Of a DNA stretch of 64,000 nucleotides, positions 1 to 7,903 are shown one piece after another (position 1 is the stretch's first letter; every line of letters begins with the position of its first letter). Origin of the DNA: Coprothermobacterota bacterium (lineage in GTDB: Bacteria > Coprothermobacterota > HKB111); the NCBI GenBank assembly GCA_037446255.1, contig JBBIIY010000002.1, forward strand, positions 1,353-65,352, given 5' to 3'. Below the pieces are notes generated by a model, which was given only the letters and a program-made list of their open reading frames with translations, did not search any database and was not told the origin of the DNA. Made by a program: the position numbers and the translations under genes.

Positions 1-2
1 CT

Positions 3-467
3 GTCTTTATAACATTACCGCAAGATACAATAAAGAGTTTATTGGAAGAGGTGCTTTCAGGTATTAAAGGGTTTAAGGGTATTCATTGCTGTGGAAATAC
101 CGATTGGTCTTTGATATTAAATTCCTCAATAAATATACTCAGTTTTGATGCTTACAATTATGGTGACTCATTATGCTTATTTGTGAACGATTTATTAGCA
201 TTTTTTAGTAGAGGAGGAGTTATAGCCTGGGGAATAGTACCAAATGATGAAGAAATAATTGAACTGGAAAGCATTCAATCATTAAGTGAAAGGTTATTAA
301 AGAATATTAATCCCCTTATAGAGGTTGGTTTTTCCAGAGAAGATATTTTAAAACAAAGCATACTAACTCCTTCTTGTGGTCTGGCTTCTCTTACTCCTGA
401 GGGTGTAGTGAAGGTTTTAGCGACTTTATCTAATTTATCCAGAGAAATTCAGGATAAATATTTATAA
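3..467 (+). CDS. Cobalamin-independent methionine synthase core-like protein (MetE C-terminal/MesB-like), 5' partial
   Basis: Frame is open from position 3. It has the HxC zinc motif (GIHCCG), SFDAY, AWGIVP and C-terminal TPSCGL typical of MetE catalytic-domain-only enzymes. Confidence 0.7.
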   Translation, partial: VFITLPQDTIKSLLEEVLSGIKGFKGIHCCGNTDWSLILNSSINILSFDAYNYGDSLCLFVNDLLAFFSRGGVIAWGIVPNDEEIIELESIQSLSERLLKNINPLIEVGFSREDILKQSILTPSCGLASLTPEGVVKVLATLSNLSREIQDKYL

Positions 468-488
468 TTACGATTTTTAGGAGGGTTT

Positions 489-1058
489 ATGTACAGGTGT
501 ACTTGGTGTTTGGGTGATGATTTAATGATGAGATACCACGATGAAGAATGGGGAGTTCCAGTTCATGACGATTCTAAACAATTTGAGTTTCTGGTTTTGG
601 AATCTTCTCAAGCTGGCTTAAGCTGGAAAACAGTTTTATATAAAAGGGAGAATTATAGAAAAGCTTTTGAAGATTTTGACCCCTGGAAAGTCTCAAACTT
701 CACCGAAGAAAACATCAGTAATTTATTAAATAACCCGGGAATAATTAGAAATCGTAGAAAGATAGAAGCTGCTATAAACAATGCTGGGAGGTTTTTGGAA
801 GTTCAAAAGGAATATGGTAGTTTCAGTAATTACTTGTGGAAATTTGTAAAAAATAAACCAGTAGTTAATTTCTGGGAAAATGATTCACAGATTCCTCCAA
901 AGTGTGAGTTATCAGATTTTATAAGCCAGGACTTAAAAAAACGGGGTTTTTCTTTTGTAGGTTCCACTATAATGTATGCACACCTGCAGGCGGTAGGTAT
1001 TGTAAATGACCATATAGTTAGTTGTTTCAGGTATAAAGAATTAACTCGTAGTAGGTAG
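489..1058 (+). CDS. tag: DNA-3-methyladenine glycosylase I
   Basis: RCxW, YHDEEWG, LESSQAGLSW, IIRNRRKI and VNDHIVSC motifs; AGGAGG RBS. Confidence 0.95.
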   Translation: MYRCTWCLGDDLMMRYHDEEWGVPVHDDSKQFEFLVLESSQAGLSWKTVLYKRENYRKAFEDFDPWKVSNFTEENISNLLNNPGIIRNRRKIEAAINNAGRFLEVQKEYGSFSNYLWKFVKNKPVVNFWENDSQIPPKCELSDFISQDLKKRGFSFVGSTIMYAHLQAVGIVNDHIVSCFRYKELTRSR

Positions 1059-1077
1059 CTAAGAGATTTTTAATATT

Positions 1078-1377
1078 TTAATCAGAAGTATATTTTTTCA
1101 GACTTTCAATTAACCTATCCAGAGTTCCATTTTGAAGCTCATCTAACCTTCCCAGGGAGGCAATGACTTTTTGTCGTACCTTACCCTTCTCTCTTCTACC
1201 TTCAACTATTTGCAGGTATATTCTTTCTGTACCATCTTTTTTCTTAAATATTTTTGTTCTTACATACATACTAATATACTAACTGTCTTAATACTCAAAA
1301 GTCAAGTAAAAGTTATCAACATGTGGCACAACGTTTTATTAACATTTTTTAAGTGAGAAAATATATATGGCACAACG
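1078..1377 (-). mobile_element. IS1634-family remnant: N-terminal 63 aa of the transposase (1078-1269) plus upstream promoter and repeats
   Basis: MYVRTK...YLQIVEGRREKGKVRQKVIASLGRLDEL matches the IS1634 transposase N-terminus and there is no DDE domain. TTGACT-18-TAGTAT lies 6 nt before the ATG. A direct repeat ATRTGGCACAACG is at 1321 and 1365. Confidence 0.7.
1321..1377. repeat. 13-bp imperfect direct repeat ATGTGGCACAACG / ATATGGCACAACG
   Basis: Copies at 1321-1333 and 1365-1377, 12/13 identical, upstream of the IS1634-like ORF. Confidence 0.7.
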
Positions 1378-1499
1378 AGAATTAAATTAACAAACCTACT
1401 TTTACTAAATTGTGTTGAAATGGAAAAAATTATAACCATTATTTAAAAATCAGACACATTTATAAAAAATTGAGAGACAGAATAAGAAGAAAGTAGTTA

Positions 1500-1799
1500 A
1501 TGGATTATACAAAACAGGTAAAGCAATTAGTGATAGAAAAAGGTGCTAATTTAATCGGAATTGCCGATTTAAAACATTTCTGGGGTAATTTACCAGTTAT
1601 CCCTGAAAACCTGCTGAATTCATTCAAATTTGGGGTATCTTTTGCAGTAAAATTTAACTATGAAATTATTGATCGTGTTAAAGATAAACCAACTCAGAAT
1701 ATACCAACCTCTTTCCCTCTGATTACAAAAAAAGTCAAATATATTATGGACGACTACACCCTCTTGACAAACTCTTTAAATCAGGTTAGTATAATCTGA
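1500..1799 (+). pseudogene. Truncated epoxyqueuosine-reductase-like (QueG/Fe-S) protein N-terminus
   Basis: GANLIGIADL...GVSFAVK...IIDRVKDKPT resembles the QueG-like N-terminus. There are no Fe-S cysteines and the ORF runs into the downstream promoter. Confidence 0.5.
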
Positions 1800-1810
1800 A
1801 TAGTGATTCA
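1764..1810 (+). promoter_or_regulatory. Sigma70 promoter with overlapping palindromic operator
   Basis: TTGACA (1764-1769), 17 nt, TAGTAT (1787-1792). The inverted repeat TGAAT-AGTG-ATTCA (1797-1810) covers the predicted start site. Confidence 0.65.
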
Positions 1811-1841
1811 TATATAATACCATAAAGGAGTATAAACCTAT

Positions 1842-2843
1842 ATGAAAAGAATTACTAAAATAATAAGCACAGGCTTAAAAGTTCCTGATAAAATCTTACC
1901 AAATCAGTATTTTAACGAATTCTTCAAGGAAGATGTTGGTACCTGGTTAGAGGGTATGGTAGGTCAAAAAGAAAGGCATGTCCTCGCAGAAAGTGAATCA
2001 GTTTCAGATTTGACTATTGAAGCAGCTTTAATGGCTTTAAATGAAGCCAAAGTTACTCCGGAAGATTTGGATTTGATTATTGTGTCTTCGGATACTCATG
2101 AATATATATCTCCTCCAACTTCTTTCGTAGTTCAGGGAAAGATAGGAGCGAAAAATGCTATGAATTTTGACTTGAACGCTTCCTGTGCTTCTTTTGTTAC
2201 CGCCCTTTCTACTGCTGATAGATGGTTAAAAACTGAGAAAAATGCTAAATACGCCTTAGTTATAGGTCAGTACGGCATGACTAAATATTTAGATTGGAAC
2301 GATAAATATACTGCCACCTTATTTGCTGATGGAGCAGGAGCATTCTTGTTAAAAACTGAAGAAACTGACGAGGAAACAGGGATATTGGATTCAGTTTTTA
2401 CCGCAGATGGTACTTACTTTGATTATATTGGAGTGTTTGGAGGTGGAACCAAGTATCCGTTAGACGAAGATACTATGAGTAAAGGTTTGAACAAATTAAG
2501 AATTCTTAAAAGATACCCTCCAGATATTAACTCTAAAAACTGGCCTATTCTTACCAGGAACCTTATGGAAAAAATTAACAAAAAACTTGATGATATAAAC
2601 ATGATATTTTTCACTCAGATTAATCTTACTACTATAAAAGAAGTTATGTTTAATCTAAATATTCCTCTGGAAAAGACTCACTGGGTTATGGATAAATACG
2701 GTTATACCGGTTCCGCATGTATTCCCATGGCAGTACACGATGCCAGAGTTCAGAGAAAACTAAATAAAGATGATTTAGTTATTCTGGTTGCTTCTGGGGC
2801 GGGTTATGCTATGGGTGCAATTGCATTAAAATGGAGTCTGTAA
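1842..2843 (+). CDS. FabH/KAS III-fold enzyme 1 with atypical active site (Cys-Thr-Tyr)
   Basis: DLNASCASF nucleophile loop, LFADGAGA; TQIN in place of HQAN; GYTGSACIP in place of GNTSAASIP. Confidence 0.85.
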   Translation: MKRITKIISTGLKVPDKILPNQYFNEFFKEDVGTWLEGMVGQKERHVLAESESVSDLTIEAALMALNEAKVTPEDLDLIIVSSDTHEYISPPTSFVVQGKIGAKNAMNFDLNASCASFVTALSTADRWLKTEKNAKYALVIGQYGMTKYLDWNDKYTATLFADGAGAFLLKTEETDEETGILDSVFTADGTYFDYIGVFGGGTKYPLDEDTMSKGLNKLRILKRYPPDINSKNWPILTRNLMEKINKKLDDINMIFFTQINLTTIKEVMFNLNIPLEKTHWVMDKYGYTGSACIPMAVHDARVQRKLNKDDLVILVASGAGYAMGAIALKWSL

Positions 2844-2857
2844 AGAGAGGAAAAATA

Positions 2858-3841
2858 ATGTTTTCTATAAAAATTAGCGGGACTGGAATTTATACTCCAT
2901 CTAAAATGATACCTACAAGCAGTATAAATGAGATGGTTGGCGAGGATATAACTCACTGGGCAATAGACAAGATGGGAATAGAGGTTAAAAAAATTTCCGA
3001 TCCAGAGGAAGCTGCTTCAGATCTGGCAGTTATAGCCAGTAGGCAAGCGTTGCAGAAAGCTGGATTAAATCCCACCGATTTGGATTTAGTAATTGTAGCA
3101 ACCGATACTCCTGACTACCTATCCCCTGCTACCTCTTCTGTATTGCAATGTAAATTGGGAGCGAAAAATGCAGGAACTTTCGATGTGAACTGTGCCTGTG
3201 CAGGTTTTGTAACTGCACTGGATACTGCAACTAAGTACCTGCTTACTGATAAATCATATAAAAGAGCTTTAGTAGTCGGTACCTATGCTATGACTAAATT
3301 CTTGAATTGGAAGGATAAAGTAACAGCACCAATTTTTTCTGATGGATCTGGTGCGGTAATTATAGAACAAACTGAGGAAGGCCCAGGTTATTTAGCTTCC
3401 AAAATAATTGCCGATGGTTGTTTTTACGATTACTTAGGCGTATATCTTGGTTCTGGGGCTGTCCCAACCCCTGAATACATAGAGAAAGGTCTTCACTTAG
3501 TCAGGTATAACAAGAGGTATCCTGATGTTAACACCGAAAACTGGCCAATATTAGTGAGAGATACACTAAAGAAAGCTGACCTGTATCCCGAAGATATAGA
3601 CATGATACTTTACACTCAGGTAAGGAAATATACCATAGAGGAAGTTATGAAATCTCTAAATTTGCCAATGGAGAAAACTTATATGGTTATGGGAAAGTAT
3701 GGCTATACAGGGTCTGCTTGCATACCTATGGCACTTAACGATGCCTTAGAGGATGGGAAGATTAATAAAGGAGATATCGTGGTTTTTTGCTCTTCCGGGG
3801 GTGGATATGCCATGGCTGCTTACGTAATGAAATGGGTTTAA
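2858..3841 (+). CDS. FabH/KAS III-fold enzyme 2 with atypical active site (Cys-Thr-Tyr)
   Basis: DVNCACAGF, FSDGSGA, TQVR, GYTGSACIP. The ATG at 2858 follows a GAGAGG RBS and is preferred over 2831. Confidence 0.85.
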   Translation: MFSIKISGTGIYTPSKMIPTSSINEMVGEDITHWAIDKMGIEVKKISDPEEAASDLAVIASRQALQKAGLNPTDLDLVIVATDTPDYLSPATSSVLQCKLGAKNAGTFDVNCACAGFVTALDTATKYLLTDKSYKRALVVGTYAMTKFLNWKDKVTAPIFSDGSGAVIIEQTEEGPGYLASKIIADGCFYDYLGVYLGSGAVPTPEYIEKGLHLVRYNKRYPDVNTENWPILVRDTLKKADLYPEDIDMILYTQVRKYTIEEVMKSLNLPMEKTYMVMGKYGYTGSACIPMALNDALEDGKINKGDIVVFCSSGGGYAMAAYVMKWV

Positions 3842-3856
3842 AAAAGGAGGTTATTT

Positions 3857-4621
3857 ATGCCCTATTTACCTTATAAAGAAGGAAATCTTTATTATGAAGA
3901 ACAAGGTTCGGGGAACAGGATTTTTATATTTGTTCATGGCAATATAGCCTCTCTTAAATATTGGATTAAATTAAGAGAGTTTTTACCAGAGGATTATAAA
4001 AGTTATTTCCTGGACTTGCCAGGATTTGGGCAGTCAGACAACATTCCACCTTATAATATAAACGCTTTTAGTGAAGCTATTTTATATTTCCTTGACACAA
4101 TGGATATTAACTCCTGTATATATGTAGGAAACTCTACTGGTGGTTTAATAGGTATGAATACCTGTCTTAAAACCAAAAAGATTGAAAAAATAATCCTTGT
4201 TTCTACAGTATCTGGAAAAGGTTATCCTTTAACTGATGATGCGCGTGCAGCCTTTAATCTATTAATGACCAACAGGGTATTTTTAGAGCAAATAATAAGA
4301 AATAATGTACTTCCACAATTTACGGATGAGATTATGATTCAGGAGTTTATTCAGGATGCTTTAAGAGCAATACCTCAAGGGTATATTGAGCTTCCAGAAA
4401 GTCTCGGTTCTACAAATATTATTGAAGATTTGAAGAAGGTTAATATTCCAGCTTTGTTCATTCATGGAGAGGAAGATAGGATTATTCCCCTATTTTGGAT
4501 ACAGGATACAGTTAGCGCTATCAGGGGTAAATTGTTGGTTATGAAGGGTCTGGGGCATACGCCACAACTGGTAGCTCCCCAGGAAGTAGCCCGTTTTATT
4601 ATAAATTTCGTAAAGAGGTAA
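3857..4621 (+). CDS. Alpha/beta hydrolase, Bacillus PhaZ (PHB depolymerase/3HB-oligomer hydrolase)-like
   Basis: VHGNIAS oxyanion motif, DLPGFGQS, GNSTGG nucleophile elbow, KIILVSTVSGKGYP, HGEED acid, GH catalytic His. Confidence 0.75.
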   Translation: MPYLPYKEGNLYYEEQGSGNRIFIFVHGNIASLKYWIKLREFLPEDYKSYFLDLPGFGQSDNIPPYNINAFSEAILYFLDTMDINSCIYVGNSTGGLIGMNTCLKTKKIEKIILVSTVSGKGYPLTDDARAAFNLLMTNRVFLEQIIRNNVLPQFTDEIMIQEFIQDALRAIPQGYIELPESLGSTNIIEDLKKVNIPALFIHGEEDRIIPLFWIQDTVSAIRGKLLVMKGLGHTPQLVAPQEVARFIINFVKR

Positions 4622-4625
4622 ATAA

Positions 4626-5369
4626 ATGAAAAAACTTGATGGAAAAGTATGCATCGTAACTGGCGGAGCCAGAGGTATTGGTAAAGAAATAAGTTGGTTA
4701 TTTGCCAAGAAAGGAGCTAGAGTAGTTATTTGGGACCTGGATGTTGAAAATCTTACTGATGTTAAAAAGGAGTTTGAAAATTATAATTTTGAAATATTAA
4801 CCCAGCAAGTGAATGTTACCGATAGGAATCAGGTAAAGACCGCTGTAGCAGAAGTAATAGAAAAATGGAACCAGATTGATGTTCTAATAAATAATGCCGG
4901 TATTACCAGAGATGGATATTTAACTAAAATGACCGAAGAGGACTTTGACCTGGTGATAAATGTAAATTTGAAAGGTGTCTTCAATTGTACCCAGTTGGTA
5001 CTTCCTCAAATGATTGCCCAGAATAGCGGAAGCATTATCTGTCTATCTTCTATAGTGGGCAGGGATGGAAATGTCGGGCAAACTAATTATGCTGCTTCCA
5101 AAGCAGGAGTTGTGGGTATGGTTAAAACCTGGGGAAAGGAACTGGCTCGCTTTAATATCAGGGTAAATGCTATAGCCCCAGGATATACCCTTACAGAAAT
5201 GGTACAGAAAGTCCCTGAAAAAATACTGGACATCATTAAAGAAAAGACTCCCCTGAAAAGGCTTGCTTCTACCGAGGATGTTGCTAAATTAGCTCTTTTC
5301 CTTGCTTCTGATGATTCTAATTTTATAACCGGACAGGTTATCAGCGTAGATGGAGGTTTAGTCCTTTAA
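4626..5369 (+). CDS. SDR family 3-oxoacyl reductase/acetoacetyl-CoA reductase (FabG/PhaB-like)
   Basis: TGGARGIG, NNAGITRD, GQTNYAASKAG; Asp at the end of beta2 (VIWD) suggests NAD(H). Confidence 0.9.
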   Translation: MKKLDGKVCIVTGGARGIGKEISWLFAKKGARVVIWDLDVENLTDVKKEFENYNFEILTQQVNVTDRNQVKTAVAEVIEKWNQIDVLINNAGITRDGYLTKMTEEDFDLVINVNLKGVFNCTQLVLPQMIAQNSGSIICLSSIVGRDGNVGQTNYAASKAGVVGMVKTWGKELARFNIRVNAIAPGYTLTEMVQKVPEKILDIIKEKTPLKRLASTEDVAKLALFLASDDSNFITGQVISVDGGLVL

Positions 5370-5387
5370 CCCCTCAAGGAATGCTTA

Positions 5388-6620
5388 ATGAACAGAATAG
5401 ACCCTAAAACCAGTAAAGGTATAAAAACCCGTGATAGTCTGATAGAAACAGCTACACACCTATTTTATAGTAATGGGTATTTCCAAACTTCCACTCATCA
5501 GATTGCTCAGGAAGCTGGAATGAGCACACCTTCTTTTTACCAGTATTTCTATAAAAAAGAGGACATTCTTTTTGAAATCATTACCACATTTGCCAGTGAG
5601 CTTTTTAGAAAATTAAAATTATCTCTTAATCCAGAAGATGGTTTGGAAATAAATATACGAAAGTTTTATACAGAATATCTATCCTATCTGAAGCTAAACA
5701 GAAAAAATTATAAAATATTCAGGGAAACTGAATTTGTCGGCTACCCGTATGTTAAACAGTACTATTTTGAATTGGGAGAAATACTAAAAAACCTATTAGG
5801 TAGTGATATTCCAGATTGGTTACCGGTTAACGAAATTATTAACAATTTAATCGGTTCTGTCTATTTTGTAGCCCTAAAAAAGATTGATTGGGAAGATTGC
5901 GAAGACATCAAATATCTCTCTGATGAATTAACCCAGTTTACCCTTAAAGGAATTAATAACAGGGCTGATTATAAACTTCGTCATAACATGCAAAAAACCT
6001 GGATGTTTTCAGATTTATCAAGTACACCCAAAAAATTATCTAAAAGTGAAGAAACCAAGCGAGGGCTATTGAGGGCAGCAGAAAAACTGATAGGGCAAAA
6101 TGGTTATGATAAAACTCACATTTCTGATATAACCCGTGAAGCAGGTGTAGGTCAGGGAACATTTTACCTTTATTTTCAATCTAAATTGGATATATTGAAA
6201 GCATTGGTTCAGGATATAAATAAAGGATTGAGGTTTGCTGTCTATCAATATATTGTAGGTTTATCCCATAGAAATGATATTGAGGTAGGTGCTTTATTAG
6301 CTTTTTCTGAATACATCAAAAACCACCGTAATGCTTATCGGGTGGTTAGAGAAGCAGAATTCGTTGATAGAGAAATCGGGAAATGGTATTACAATAGGAT
6401 TGCTGAACCCTACGCCATAGCCTTAAAAGAAGTAATGATTAAAGGGGAAATTAACTCACTTGACCCAGAATTATTAGGGCTAGCCATTATGGGTATGGGG
6501 CATGTTTTAGGGCTTATGTGGGTGGTCTGGAATGATAGTGATAATCCTTCTATCCCTGAAGAATCCTTGAGAAATACTTTGAAAATTATACTATTTGGAG
6601 TAAAAGGTGAAGAGAGTTAA
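5388..6620 (+). CDS. Tandem double TetR/AcrR-family transcriptional regulator
   Basis: Two TetR HTH units (IAQEAGMSTPSFYQYF and ITREAGVGQGTFYLYF), each followed by a similar ligand domain (RETEFV / REAEFV). Confidence 0.9.
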   Translation: MNRIDPKTSKGIKTRDSLIETATHLFYSNGYFQTSTHQIAQEAGMSTPSFYQYFYKKEDILFEIITTFASELFRKLKLSLNPEDGLEINIRKFYTEYLSYLKLNRKNYKIFRETEFVGYPYVKQYYFELGEILKNLLGSDIPDWLPVNEIINNLIGSVYFVALKKIDWEDCEDIKYLSDELTQFTLKGINNRADYKLRHNMQKTWMFSDLSSTPKKLSKSEETKRGLLRAAEKLIGQNGYDKTHISDITREAGVGQGTFYLYFQSKLDILKALVQDINKGLRFAVYQYIVGLSHRNDIEVGALLAFSEYIKNHRNAYRVVREAEFVDREIGKWYYNRIAEPYAIALKEVMIKGEINSLDPELLGLAIMGMGHVLGLMWVVWNDSDNPSIPEESLRNTLKIILFGVKGEES

Positions 6621-7890
6621 TTTTCAGGAATTATTGAATTATATTCCTTCAGAAGCCACAATTGTTACTGGAATGGTTGCAGGACAACCGGGATATTTTT
6701 TGAGCAATTTGCATAAAAAAGGTAATGCGAAAAAAATATCTGTATCCTTAGCTTTACCTTTAGAACCCTATAAATTCTTTATGAACCCGGAATATAAAAA
6801 CAAGTTCCTTTTAGAGTCCTGGTATCATGGTTCTTTTGCCCGAAAAAGCCAGTATCAGGGAACGGTAACTTTCATTCCCAACCAGTTAAACCGGGCGGGC
6901 CTGGACAGGCAGGAGATAAATCCACCGGATGTGATTGTTCTTACTTCTCCCCCACCGGATAGAAATGGTTTCTTTAACCTTTCTTTATCTATCACCTATG
7001 AGAAGTTTTTAGCTCTTAATAAGAAAGATGGTGCCTTGGTGGTTATGGAAGTCAATCCCAAGCTTCCGCGAGTTATGGGAGATACTTTCCTTCACCAGAG
7101 TTATGTTGATTATTATTACGAAGTTGATACTCCCTTGTTTACTTTAGGAGAACAAAAACCTCAGGAAGAGGAACAGAAAATTGGGGAATTAATATCCAAA
7201 TTGGTTGAAGACGGTTCTACTATACAACTCGGTATAGGCGGAATTCCTAATGCTGTTGCTTATTTGTTGGAAGACAAAAACGACCTGGGTGTCCATACCG
7301 AAATGATAACTGAAAGTATGCAATATCTTTATAAAAAGGGGGTGATAAATGGAAAGAAAAAAACTTTTTATCCCGCAACTATGGTAGGGACTTTCATTTA
7401 TGGTTCTGATGAATTGTATAGATTTGTAAATGAAAACCCTGTGATTAACCTTTTACCCGGGCATATAACCAATGATCCTCATTATATAGGGCAGCAGTAC
7501 AAGATGGTTTCAATAAATACCGCTTTAATGGTTGATTTGACCGGTCAAGTGTGTTCGGAAAGCATTGGAATTGAACAAATTTCTGGAACAGGTGGTCAGG
7601 TTAATTTTCATACTGGAGCTCAACATTCAAAAAATGGGAAAGGTATTTTAGCCCTGAGATCAACCGCTAAAGATGGTAGTATCTCAACCATAGTTCCCGG
7701 CTTGCCTCAAGGCTCAACTGTTACTTTATCGCGTAATGATGTTGACTACATTGTAACTGAGTTTGGTGTTGCCAGGTTGAAAGGGAAAAGCATAAAAGAT
7801 AGAGTTGAAATCTTAATTTCGGTTGCACACCCGAAATTTAGAGAATACCTCCGTGAGGAGGCAAAAAGAATTAAAATTTATAATTGGTAA
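6607..7890 (+). CDS. Acetyl-CoA hydrolase/transferase family (4-hydroxybutyrate CoA-transferase-like)
   Basis: QLGIGGIPNAV, catalytic HTEM, GTGGQ, IVTEFGVA, AHPKFR. Confidence 0.9.
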   Translation: MKRVNFQELLNYIPSEATIVTGMVAGQPGYFLSNLHKKGNAKKISVSLALPLEPYKFFMNPEYKNKFLLESWYHGSFARKSQYQGTVTFIPNQLNRAGLDRQEINPPDVIVLTSPPPDRNGFFNLSLSITYEKFLALNKKDGALVVMEVNPKLPRVMGDTFLHQSYVDYYYEVDTPLFTLGEQKPQEEEQKIGELISKLVEDGSTIQLGIGGIPNAVAYLLEDKNDLGVHTEMITESMQYLYKKGVINGKKKTFYPATMVGTFIYGSDELYRFVNENPVINLLPGHITNDPHYIGQQYKMVSINTALMVDLTGQVCSESIGIEQISGTGGQVNFHTGAQHSKNGKGILALRSTAKDGSISTIVPGLPQGSTVTLSRNDVDYIVTEFGVARLKGKSIKDRVEILISVAHPKFREYLREEAKRIKIYNW

Positions 7891-7903
7891 GGAGGAGTGT
7901 GAA

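Noticed and set aside
1324-1377. TGGCAC motifs as sigma54 -24 boxes or as a CRISPR-like repeat
   Set aside because: Neither copy has TTGC at the -12 position, and two 13-bp copies do not make an array. They are better explained as IS-associated repeats.
7823-7903. Longer N-terminus of the SBP in the ORF track
   Set aside because: It overlaps the upstream gene; the RBS and signal peptide point to ATG 7904. The extended starts given for hypE, dcd, hydD and the 39646 ORF were rejected similarly.
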